Below, in pieces: positions 55,945 to 64,000 of a stretch of 64,000 nt of DNA. The position numbers and the translations under genes are program-made. The stretch comes from a virus, in IMG/VR virus record IMGVR_UViG_3300025151_000031, positions 3,299-67,298 of that record; one strand, 5' to 3'. How positions within the stretch are numbered: position 1 is the first letter of the stretch; every line of letters starts with the position of its first letter. Under the pieces are notes generated by a model. The model was not told the DNA's origin, ran no database searches, and was given only the letters and a program-made list of their open reading frames with translations.

Positions 55945-57606
55945 ATGGCAGAAATAACTTCATTAACTTCGATTTTAAAATCCAATATAGGGTTAAATGA
56001 TTATTTTGTAGTGGCCAATTCATCTACAAAAAAAGCTAGAAAAATACAGGTTCAATCTATGTTTGCTTCAGTAATAACTAAAGGAATAGGTGGAGAATCT
56101 TTATGGTCTAGTGTAACAAATAGTAATCAGATAAATTTAAAAGGATTAACATCAGCGGATAGCAAAATTACAGTTACAACTAGTAGCGATAATTTAGTAC
56201 TAACTTTAGTAGAAAGCGCTATAGATTTAAGTAAATGCGATAATACAACTTCTGCGTTTATAAAATCTATAAATTTAAGTGGAGCTATTTCTGGGGTATT
56301 ACCAGTTGGATATGGTGGTACAGGACTTTCTACAATTAGTAAAGGATCTGTTTTATATGCTAGTGCTGCAGGTACTATATCAACAACAACTTTAGCATCA
56401 GACGGGCAAATATTAGTAGGTAATGGTACAACAGGATATCCTCAAGCAGCAACAATAGCTAGTTCAGATTCTTCAGTAACAGTTACAAATGGAGCTGGAA
56501 CTATTGATCTAAAGGTAGCAGCTAGTAGTGCATTAGCAAGTCATTTAGATACTCAAACATATAATATTAATTTAAATTCTGTAGCAGGAACTAGTTTTAT
56601 AAGTGGGGATGCTACAAATGAAGGTATTACAGTAGATGCAACAGGATATGTTGCAATTGGAGATTCAACTCCAACAGTGCCTACTTTAGATTCTCAATTA
56701 ACATTAATTGGGAATGCTGATAAAGCAATAACAATTGGAAATGTTAATAGCTATGCAGATAGAACAATACAGTTTAAAGATGCAGCAGCAAGTGTAGCAG
56801 GGATTAATGGTACAATAAAAGGAGCAAGTGCTACTCACGGTAATTTTGCTGGAGGTAGTATAACTATAGAAGCTGGTAAAGCAACAGGTAGTGGTGCAGC
56901 AGGAGGATTAGTATTAAGTGGGGGAGATGTTACTTCAGGAGCACAAGGATCTGTATATATAAAAGGATATATATCAACTGGAGCTCAAAGAACAGCTTTA
57001 ACATTTACTCCTACAGCAACTGAAGTACCAGCAAATTTTGCATATGGAGTTGAAATTCAAGCTCCTGCAAGTGGTATATCTTTAGTATCTAAAAGTGCAG
57101 TTGATGCCGCTACAGGTATGTCAAATAAAACTGGAGTTGTAGCACCAACTATAACTGCTAAAACTCAAATAGCAAACGGCTATTCAGGAGCTTTAACTGC
57201 AAATACACATTATTTAGCACCAGCAGATGGTAATAATGCAACTATGACATTACCTGCGCAAGCAAGTTCTGTTAAAGGAGATACTATTATTGTAGAATAT
57301 CATAATGATATGAGTAACGGGCAAACACATAAATACGGAACATCAACAGAAATGTTTATGGCAGGATCTGCTTGCTATAGAATGAATGGAGCAACAGGAT
57401 CGGCTGTAGGTTTAATACAAACAGTAGATGTTGCAGATGGTACAGGAGATGATTTCTTAAACTTAATAGGACTGACCAATGCAGGCCCAGGTATTGGAAC
57501 GTTCGTAATATTTACATTTAATGGGGCAACATGGAGAGCAGAAGCAAAATGTACATCATCAGGAACTGGTGCTGCTACTAACGCTTCAGTATTTGCTACT
57601 TCATAA
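55945..57606 (+). CDS. Tail fiber-like protein
   Basis: GVLPVGYGGTG fiber motif; Gly/Ser/Thr/Ala-rich. Confidence 0.7.
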   Translation: MAEITSLTSILKSNIGLNDYFVVANSSTKKARKIQVQSMFASVITKGIGGESLWSSVTNSNQINLKGLTSADSKITVTTSSDNLVLTLVESAIDLSKCDNTTSAFIKSINLSGAISGVLPVGYGGTGLSTISKGSVLYASAAGTISTTTLASDGQILVGNGTTGYPQAATIASSDSSVTVTNGAGTIDLKVAASSALASHLDTQTYNINLNSVAGTSFISGDATNEGITVDATGYVAIGDSTPTVPTLDSQLTLIGNADKAITIGNVNSYADRTIQFKDAAASVAGINGTIKGASATHGNFAGGSITIEAGKATGSGAAGGLVLSGGDVTSGAQGSVYIKGYISTGAQRTALTFTPTATEVPANFAYGVEIQAPASGISLVSKSAVDAATGMSNKTGVVAPTITAKTQIANGYSGALTANTHYLAPADGNNATMTLPAQASSVKGDTIIVEYHNDMSNGQTHKYGTSTEMFMAGSACYRMNGATGSAVGLIQTVDVADGTGDDFLNLIGLTNAGPGIGTFVIFTFNGATWRAEAKCTSSGTGAATNASVFATS

Positions 57607-57638
57607 TAATTATTAACTAAAAATAAAATCAATTTAAA

Positions 57639-58049
57639 ATGGCAAAAACAAAATTAAAAACCACATGCGGAGAATTAGTAGATCTAATGAACGGACTTTT
57701 TTCAGTTCAAGATGTACCAGGAAAAGACTTTGCTTTAATAGTTTCTAGTAATATGACTAATCTTCAAAAAGTTTTAAAACATCTTGAGGAGGCTGGAAGA
57801 CCTTCAGAGGAGTTTATAAAATTTGCTGCAGAAATGCAAAGATTACAACAAACTAATAGTGACGATGCGTTAAAAGAATTAGAAAAAGCTAACTCAGAAT
57901 TAATAGCGGAAAGAAAACTTCAAATGGAAAAAGTGCAAGAATTATTAAAAGAAAGCGCTGAAGCAGAATTAGAAGTTTTACCTAAAGATATGCTTCCTAA
58001 TAATTTAACGGCAAAACAAATTAATAACTTAGAAAAAATAATAGTATAA
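57639..58049 (+). CDS. Helical hypothetical protein (possible fiber chaperone)
   Basis: 136 aa, coiled-coil character, follows the fiber gene. Confidence 0.55.
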   Translation: MAKTKLKTTCGELVDLMNGLFSVQDVPGKDFALIVSSNMTNLQKVLKHLEEAGRPSEEFIKFAAEMQRLQQTNSDDALKELEKANSELIAERKLQMEKVQELLKESAEAELEVLPKDMLPNNLTAKQINNLEKIIV

Positions 58050-58363
58050 TGGCAATTAGAAATGATTCTGATAAATTTTTACAGGGTATAAAAAATCTTG
58101 GTGAAAAAGGTAATGGCTCTCATGGAGCATTTTTTATAAATGATACAGATTCACATACTGCAGCAGGCGGATGGAATGCAATTACATTTACAGAAAATAC
58201 AGTATTTACTACATTAACTGCAAGCAATTGGAGTGGTGATACCTTTACTACTCCAGAGGTCTTTCCTGAAGGATTAACTATATATGGTAATTTTACAGTG
58301 ATAGCTCTTGAAAGTGGAGCGTGTATAGCATATTTTGCAACTAGTAATACTACTGTAACATAA
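58049..58363 (+). CDS. Small beta-rich structural protein
   Basis: FPEGLTIYGNFTVIALESG; TAATG coupling. Confidence 0.55.
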   Translation: MAIRNDSDKFLQGIKNLGEKGNGSHGAFFINDTDSHTAAGGWNAITFTENTVFTTLTASNWSGDTFTTPEVFPEGLTIYGNFTVIALESGACIAYFATSNTTVT

Positions 58364-59226
58364 TGTTAAGTTTAAGATCATCAAATACTAGTAGTTCTAC
58401 TAAATTTAGAAAGAAGAAATTTAGTTCTGTAAAGTCTGGTCCTGTAGTATGGATAGACTTTACAGATCGTAGAACTGTATATAGTGATGATTCTGGAACA
58501 TTAGCAAATACTGGTGATACAATACAATTTGTTGATAATAAAGCTTTTGATAAAAGATTTGGTAGATCTTCTACTGTATGTATAGGATCAGGTTTAAAAC
58601 AACAAACTTCATCAAGGAGACCTGCTTTTGTAACAGGAGTTTACGGTTTAACTGCCGCTAGATTTGATGGTGCTAATGATCAACTTTTAGGAGATAAAGC
58701 TGTGGCAGCTGTAGCAACAAATCGATTGTCGACTTCACGTTTAGATGGGCAGGACATAACTGTGTTTTGGGTAGCAAAAAATGATAGTACTACTCCAGGA
58801 CAAGAAAATGTTTTAGTCTTTGGTTCTCATGATGTAACTGATGGATCAAGTGATCCAATACAGATTGGTGTTCAGAATAATGATTATCGAATATTTATGG
58901 GAGATGCAAGTGATAAAAGTGGAGATGTTAATATGAATACTAATAGACAGGCAACAACAAATGTTGAACTTTGGACAGTTAAATTTGCTGGAAGTTCAAA
59001 TGCTTACATGTATGCAAATGGTGATACTAGTGACGGTATAACCAATGGAACAACTAAAGATCATGGGTATCCGTTAGATGTTAATAATCTTGATTGTTCA
59101 ATAAATATAGGAGCTGGGACTTGGGACGGTGATATTTATGAGTTATTAGTATATAATACAGCTTTACCTGACAAAGAAATAAAAGAGATAGAGCGAAAAT
59201 TAAAACAAAAATATAAAATAACATAA
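58363..59226 (+). CDS. LamG/concanavalin-like domain protein
   Basis: ARFDGAND...MYANG...IGAGTWDGDIYELLVYNTAL...IERKLKQKY. Confidence 0.7.
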   Translation: MLSLRSSNTSSSTKFRKKKFSSVKSGPVVWIDFTDRRTVYSDDSGTLANTGDTIQFVDNKAFDKRFGRSSTVCIGSGLKQQTSSRRPAFVTGVYGLTAARFDGANDQLLGDKAVAAVATNRLSTSRLDGQDITVFWVAKNDSTTPGQENVLVFGSHDVTDGSSDPIQIGVQNNDYRIFMGDASDKSGDVNMNTNRQATTNVELWTVKFAGSSNAYMYANGDTSDGITNGTTKDHGYPLDVNNLDCSINIGAGTWDGDIYELLVYNTALPDKEIKEIERKLKQKYKIT

Positions 59227-60299
59227 TGAAAAATATAATAATTTTACTTATATTAATTTGTAGCGTAGGAAACGCACAAGAGTTAAAAAACTTTTTTAAA
59301 TACTCTACGTTTTATACGTCACTAAGTATGAATACTAGTTATATAGAAGATCAAGACTATATAGCTATAGATAAGGGTTACGTAGATGTAACTGAAATTA
59401 ATAAATTTGATTACAATTTAACAATTGGAATCCGAAAAATAGCAAGATTTGATTATGAATACAAAGTTAAAACGTGGTATTATGGTACTGAAAGAGCTGT
59501 TGCAGATAACGTTACTATTGGTAATGCTAACGGTTGGGAGTATCTTTTTAATTATTCTTTTATACGTAATCGTGGTGAAACATTTACTGATCAGAATTAC
59601 TGGATTAGATACTTGGGAGATAAATGTGTCACAAAAGTACAGTACAAAGACAATCAAAGAGTAGATCTACAATTTACATCTTTTGATACAAGATATAGAA
59701 TAAACTCAGGAAACTGGGACTTTACAGCAGGCGTGGTGATTAGAACTCATCCTGCTTATGGCTTTGTACCAATCAGGGATTTTTGGGTACCAGGCGAATC
59801 TACCTTTCAACAATTAGCGGAAGACTTTGGCTATGCACCTGAACAATGGGTTCAAGGTTTCTATGTTAATAATAACTGGTATGATGTATCAGGAGGTGAT
59901 TCTGTTCTTGTAGCAACTAGTAACGATGAGTTCTTTAACCACTATTTTGGAGATGCAGTTGCATCTTTTAATCAAAGAGAGTTAGAGAAATTAGGAAATC
60001 AAAAGGAAATAAGTACAGTATTTGGATTAGCTTATTATAAGTATACTCCAAAGTTTTGGTTACATGCATGGGTTAATTGTATGCCTTATCATGTAGGATT
60101 AGATGATTATTCTTTTGATTATTTCCAACCAGAATATAATAATGAAACAATACCTGCATGGGTTGAATGGGATGCTGGTATGGTATTAGGAACTAGGGTA
60201 ACAAAAAATCTTGGTTTATTTATAGAGGGTACTCATATGAGATACTGGATGAAACCAGTATATGAGGTTAAATTTGGGTTTAACTATTTAATATTTTAA
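59226..60299 (+). CDS. Putative outer-membrane beta-barrel protein
   Basis: Signal peptide ending GNA|Q, alternating aromatic beta-strands, C-terminal beta-signal-like YEVKFGFNYLIF. Confidence 0.6.
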   Translation: MKNIIILLILICSVGNAQELKNFFKYSTFYTSLSMNTSYIEDQDYIAIDKGYVDVTEINKFDYNLTIGIRKIARFDYEYKVKTWYYGTERAVADNVTIGNANGWEYLFNYSFIRNRGETFTDQNYWIRYLGDKCVTKVQYKDNQRVDLQFTSFDTRYRINSGNWDFTAGVVIRTHPAYGFVPIRDFWVPGESTFQQLAEDFGYAPEQWVQGFYVNNNWYDVSGGDSVLVATSNDEFFNHYFGDAVASFNQRELEKLGNQKEISTVFGLAYYKYTPKFWLHAWVNCMPYHVGLDDYSFDYFQPEYNNETIPAWVEWDAGMVLGTRVTKNLGLFIEGTHMRYWMKPVYEVKFGFNYLIF

Positions 60300-60302
60300 G
60301 AT

Positions 60303-61085
60303 ATGAAAAGAATTATATATATACTAGTATTGTTTATAGGCTCGTTTGCTTATGGACAATTTGATTTTCAACAATTATGTTTAGATTGTGCTGAACAAGA
60401 AGGTTATTATTGTGGAGATGATCCAGAAAACTGGACACAATATGCTCCGCTAGGATGTGTACAAACATCATGGATTAACGATGGATGGGAAGATTGTGTC
60501 GATGCCAGTGATGAAGGGGCTGATGTAGTACCAACATTACCAATGAATTGTGTACCACCTCCACCAGATTGTGATACAGTATACGTAGATGTAATAGAAT
60601 ACATTTTTGAAACAGATACAGTAGAAGTTGAAGTGCCTTTTTATATTTATGAAACAATTCTTCAAATAGATACAGTATATAATACAGAATATATAACTCA
60701 AATTGTAATAGATACAGTAGAAGTAGAAACATTTGTACCTGAATATATATACATAACTGATACAGTAACTGTATATGAAGATGTACTAGATACTTTATTT
60801 ATAGATGTAATTGAGTATGTAGATGTATTTATATTTGATACAATAGTACAAATAGAAACAGAATACATAGAGTTTTTTACTACTGATACAATAATAGAAT
60901 ATGTAGATGTTATTTATACTGAATACTTAGATTGTGATACAGGATTACCGTGTAACACAAGTATACCTGAAATTATAGAACAATCTAAAGGAGATAATAG
61001 AATGTACAATTTATTAGGGCAAGCTATAAGACAACCTGAAGGAATATACATTCAAGATGGCAAAGTAAAATTTAAAATAGATTAA
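60303..61085 (+). CDS. Secreted protein: signal peptide, LDL-receptor-A-like module, DT-repeat stalk, T9SS-like C-terminal domain
   Basis: AYG|Q cleavage site; CVQTSWINDGWEDCVDASDE; repeated (I/T)DTV; MYNLLGQ...EGIYIQDGK. Confidence 0.65.
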   Translation: MKRIIYILVLFIGSFAYGQFDFQQLCLDCAEQEGYYCGDDPENWTQYAPLGCVQTSWINDGWEDCVDASDEGADVVPTLPMNCVPPPPDCDTVYVDVIEYIFETDTVEVEVPFYIYETILQIDTVYNTEYITQIVIDTVEVETFVPEYIYITDTVTVYEDVLDTLFIDVIEYVDVFIFDTIVQIETEYIEFFTTDTIIEYVDVIYTEYLDCDTGLPCNTSIPEIIEQSKGDNRMYNLLGQAIRQPEGIYIQDGKVKFKID

Positions 61086-61297
61086 TGAAGATATTTAAAG
61101 ATAGTAATGATTGGAATGAAAAAGCTATAGTTGGCTTTGTAGCATTCTTAATAATGGTCATAGTTATGATCATAGATTTAGTAACTGGAGCAGCTGGATA
61201 CGATCTAGTTATAAATGAATTTGTATATGATTCATTTGTATGGGTAGTATTAGGATGCTTTGGAATAAGTGGAATAGAAAAATTTGCTAAAAAATAA
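61085..61297 (+). CDS. Two-TM membrane protein (holin-like)
   Basis: 70 aa, two hydrophobic helices, basic C-terminus EKFAKK. Confidence 0.55.
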   Translation: MKIFKDSNDWNEKAIVGFVAFLIMVIVMIIDLVTGAAGYDLVINEFVYDSFVWVVLGCFGISGIEKFAKK

Positions 61298-62239
61298 ATG
61301 AAGTGGATAGGCCAGCATAAAGTAACGGGTAAAACCAAATCTACAGGTAGTATTACTACTGGTGGGCCTATTATATTACAAGAAAATTTATCTGGGCAAT
61401 TGGGTGAGCATAAAACTGTTAAGAGTACATCTGCTTTAACTTTAAAGGGAACAAATGGTGTAGCAGGAAATATAACATTAGATGCATCTAATGATATTTA
61501 TATAAATGCAGATGGAGGAGAAATAATTTTTCAAGATGATTCTGCTACATTAGCTACTATAGACACAAATGGATTAAGTTTTATAGATAATACAGGGGCT
61601 GGAGTTAGATTTGAAGGTTCAACAGATGATGCTCATAACACAGTTTTATTAGCTACTGATCCAACTGGAGCTAGAATATGTATGTTACCAGATGCTAGTG
61701 GAACTTTAGCTTTAACAACGGACACATCTCCGTATATCCAGGTTAGGTTAAATCGTGATGATATTTACGTTCTTTATCTTAACACTAGGACGTATTGGTA
61801 CTCTGTATCAGGATCTGCTGGTTACACAGGAGAGTTAAATGTTAGTGCAGGAAACTGGACTAGTTGGAGTGATGATAGACAAGCTAGGCATGCTGGTTAT
61901 ATAGCAACAAGAGCTTGTAAAGTAAATAAAGTTAGGTTTGTAGGATTATTTTCAACTAGTTATACATCTGGAGCTTTAGATTTTGAGTTTGCTATTCAAA
62001 AATGGACTCCAGGTAATAATACTACAAATACTGTTACTACTACGCATATGACTCATACTGATCATGATGGTTCATATACAGAAGGGCGTATATATAATTT
62101 AGAGTTTGCTGTAACGGGCAATAATACATTAGCAGCAGGAGATGCTTTTAGTTTATTTGCTAGATGTAATGATTCAAATTCATCTGCAAGATTACAGTTA
62201 TGGTATGGCGGGTGTAATGCAGAAATAGAATTAACTTAA
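61298..62239 (+). CDS. Tail fiber-like structural protein
   Basis: TDPTGAR...LPDASGTLALT fiber motif; beta-sandwich-like C-terminus. Confidence 0.6.
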   Translation: MKWIGQHKVTGKTKSTGSITTGGPIILQENLSGQLGEHKTVKSTSALTLKGTNGVAGNITLDASNDIYINADGGEIIFQDDSATLATIDTNGLSFIDNTGAGVRFEGSTDDAHNTVLLATDPTGARICMLPDASGTLALTTDTSPYIQVRLNRDDIYVLYLNTRTYWYSVSGSAGYTGELNVSAGNWTSWSDDRQARHAGYIATRACKVNKVRFVGLFSTSYTSGALDFEFAIQKWTPGNNTTNTVTTTHMTHTDHDGSYTEGRIYNLEFAVTGNNTLAAGDAFSLFARCNDSNSSARLQLWYGGCNAEIELT

Positions 62240-62247
62240 AAATAATT

Positions 62248-62619
62248 ATGGCACTAACAGGTAAAAAATATTCATCAGTTCACAGTTTAACTGGAAGTGG
62301 TAAAGATAAAATGAAAGGTGTTTTTGATGAAGGACATATACAGCATTTAGCAGAAAATGAATCAGATAATCCTGTATTAACATCATTAATATATCAAATA
62401 CAGGAAATGCAAGATGAGCTAGATTATCTTAGAACAGAAATAAGTTCTAATAAAGATAATAAAATAGTTATTGGATCAAATACAGTAGTATCATTTGGTG
62501 ATATGGTTTTTACTACGGTAAAAGGTAAGACAACTTATAGTATAGTAATGACCGTTGCTTATACTGATCCTTCTAGCAGTAAGGTAACAACAAAAACAAC
62601 AACATTAAATTTAGCTTAA
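62248..62619 (+). CDS. Hypothetical protein with coiled coil
   Basis: LIYQIQEMQDELDYLRTEI. Confidence 0.6.
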   Translation: MALTGKKYSSVHSLTGSGKDKMKGVFDEGHIQHLAENESDNPVLTSLIYQIQEMQDELDYLRTEISSNKDNKIVIGSNTVVSFGDMVFTTVKGKTTYSIVMTVAYTDPSSSKVTTKTTTLNLA

Positions 62620-62620
62620 T

Positions 62621-62941
62621 ATGCTTTTAAACTATGTAAATTTAAGTGGAACAGGAACAGAAACTCTTAGCGCAGCTTTGACAGATGGTTCTACAAAAAC
62701 AATAACAAGACTATTAATATGTAATAGAGATAGTACAGCAATAACAGCAAGCCTTTGGTTACAAAATGCTGGAGGAGATATATATTATATAATAAGAAAT
62801 GTAGAAATAGAATCGGGATATACTTTAGATGTTTTAGATGGAGATCCTTTAGTATATAATGATACTTATAATTTAAATGCCTCTTTAGGCGATGCAGGAT
62901 ATGTTGCGGATGTAATTATTAATGAAACAAGAACACACTAA
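62621..62941 (+). CDS. Small beta-sandwich structural protein
   Basis: ITRLLICNRDS...YYIIRNVEIESGYTL. Confidence 0.55.
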   Translation: MLLNYVNLSGTGTETLSAALTDGSTKTITRLLICNRDSTAITASLWLQNAGGDIYYIIRNVEIESGYTLDVLDGDPLVYNDTYNLNASLGDAGYVADVIINETRTH

Positions 62942-62942
62942 A

Positions 62943-63290
62943 ATGACAAAAGAATTATCAGAAGACAGTAAATTTAAAATAAGCATTAAAACACTTCTTT
63001 GGATTGTAGCAGGAGTAGCTACAGTAATAGCAGGTTATTATGGAATGCTTTCAAATATAAATACCAAATTTGTAGAATTAGAACAAAAGGTGCAAGAAGC
63101 TTTAGAAAAACCTAAGCCAGGAACAGGAACCTATACAATTGATATGGGAGATCCTGCTGCTTCACAAACTTGGCCTCCAACAAGAATGGAGTTTAACATG
63201 AAAGATCAAATGGCGAGAGATAAAATTGATAATGTTATAAAAGAAGTAGAAGAACTTAAAGAAGAACTTAAAGAACTTAGAAACAAATGA
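62943..63290 (+). CDS. Single-TM protein with C-terminal coiled coils
   Basis: TM LLWIVAGVATVIAGYYGML followed by two coiled coils split by a Pro/Gly linker; likely start ATG 62943. Confidence 0.65.
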   Translation: MTKELSEDSKFKISIKTLLWIVAGVATVIAGYYGMLSNINTKFVELEQKVQEALEKPKPGTGTYTIDMGDPAASQTWPPTRMEFNMKDQMARDKIDNVIKEVEELKEELKELRNK

Positions 63291-63661
63291 AAAAATATTT
63301 AGTCCTCATAATGATCTTTATAACCTCGTTATGCGGGGCTCAAGATCTGTTAACACCAGACAACTTTAAAAAAGAGACAAGTAGAGGTATTGTAGTAGTG
63401 GAGTTTTGGGCAGCTTGGAACGATGCTAATTCTTGTACATGGTTAGAAAATTTAAAAGAATGTGAAGTATATAGAGTAGATATAGGTACTCATATGAAAC
63501 TACAACAAGAATATAATATTTCTGCTATACCAACATTAATTATATTTAATAATGGTAATGTAGAAGAAGAAATAAAACCCAATATAATGTTTCAATTAGA
63601 AGCAGATAAGAAAGAAGTCCAGGGTAAAGTGGACGATATAATATTAAAACAATTTAATTAA
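63287..63661 (+). CDS. Exported thioredoxin-fold protein lacking CXXC
   Basis: Signal peptide ending CGA|Q; VVVEFWAAWN in place of WCxxC; YNISAIPTLIIFNNG cis-Pro loop. Confidence 0.8.
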   Translation: MKKYLVLIMIFITSLCGAQDLLTPDNFKKETSRGIVVVEFWAAWNDANSCTWLENLKECEVYRVDIGTHMKLQQEYNISAIPTLIIFNNGNVEEEIKPNIMFQLEADKKEVQGKVDDIILKQFN

Positions 63662-63668
63662 TTAAGAT

Positions 63669-64000
63669 ATGGCAACATTAACACCAACACTTACTTTAAA
63701 AAGTACAGACGCCCTTACAGATAGTTTAGAACTAACTGTAACAGATAGCTTATCAGTATTGGGGCAATCAAAAAGATTTACAAAAGTATTAGCAACAACA
63801 GCTACAGATATATTATTAGCTGCAGATTATACAAAATCATATGTGTATTTACACAATAAAGCTACTGCAGCAACTGATACTGTAACAATAGGAAAAAAAT
63901 CAACTGTAGGAGGTGCATCATATAACGATGATCCAACTATAGATTTAGACAGTACTGCAAATATTAGTTTTGGAATGACTGTTTCAGGAACTGGGGTTTC
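63669..64000 (+). CDS. Thr-rich structural protein, truncated by the window end
   Basis: MATLTPTLTLKSTDALTDSLELTVTDSL... open to base 64000. Confidence 0.7.
   Translation, partial: MATLTPTLTLKSTDALTDSLELTVTDSLSVLGQSKRFTKVLATTATDILLAADYTKSYVYLHNKATAATDTVTIGKKSTVGGASYNDDPTIDLDSTANISFGMTVSGTGV

Noticed and set aside
60560-60945. Repeated GATACAGTA units resembling an array or CRISPR
   Set aside because: In-frame, degenerate and irregularly spaced; they encode DTV peptide repeats.
1107-61338. Short antisense and nested ORFs in the track (e.g. 1107-1373, 19360-19635, 22759-23085, 38417-38758, 44807-45148)
   Set aside because: They lie within long motif-supported genes, mostly on the opposite strand, and look like shadow ORFs.
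1-64000. Stop-codon reassignment (TAG or TGA), known in some crAss-like phages
   Set aside because: Core genes are full length in code 11, and TAG ends genes at natural boundaries (15930, 41042, 47457, 48432).
1-64000. Introns, inteins, DGR or integrase
   Set aside because: terL, polA, dnaB and MCP are uninterrupted and of normal size; no reverse transcriptase, homing endonuclease or recombinase motifs seen.

Overview
AT-rich 64 kb segment of a crAss-like phage (Crassvirales-type gene set and order), translated with the standard genetic code. The host is most likely in the Bacteroidota, based on TAnnTTTG promoters, SD-less A-rich starts, Q-rule signal peptides, a T9SS-like C-terminal domain and SprB-like repeats. 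There are three blocks. (1) 1-15930 (+): two giant virion/ejected proteins, the first a two-barrel virion RNA polymerase (DFDID motif) whose ORF begins before the window. (2) 15931-34722 (-): replication and early genes (Nmad1/DUF1599, 5'-3' exonuclease, rIIB/rIIA, PD-(D/E)xK nuclease, primase, AAA ATPase, DnaB, SF2 helicase, DnaA-domain-IV protein, PolA, many small ORFs) with several stem-closed structured intergenic elements. (3) 34918-64000 (+): late genes (GroES, HU/IHF, thermonuclease, TerL, portal, MCP, ring and tail proteins) plus a cluster of exported envelope proteins. The strongest unexplained signals are a 74-nt RNA resembling a tmRNA tRNA-like domain with no mRNA-like domain (41042-41115), a ~215-nt structured ncRNA candidate with its own promoter (35160-35375), a second tRNA-like cloverleaf (17714-17807), a 12-bp motif exactly 65 bp upstream of two late promoters, and a putative envelope module (beta-barrel, LDLa/T9SS cargo, membrane proteins, CXXC-less thioredoxin). 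All calls are by eye from motifs; no database searches or folding programs were run.
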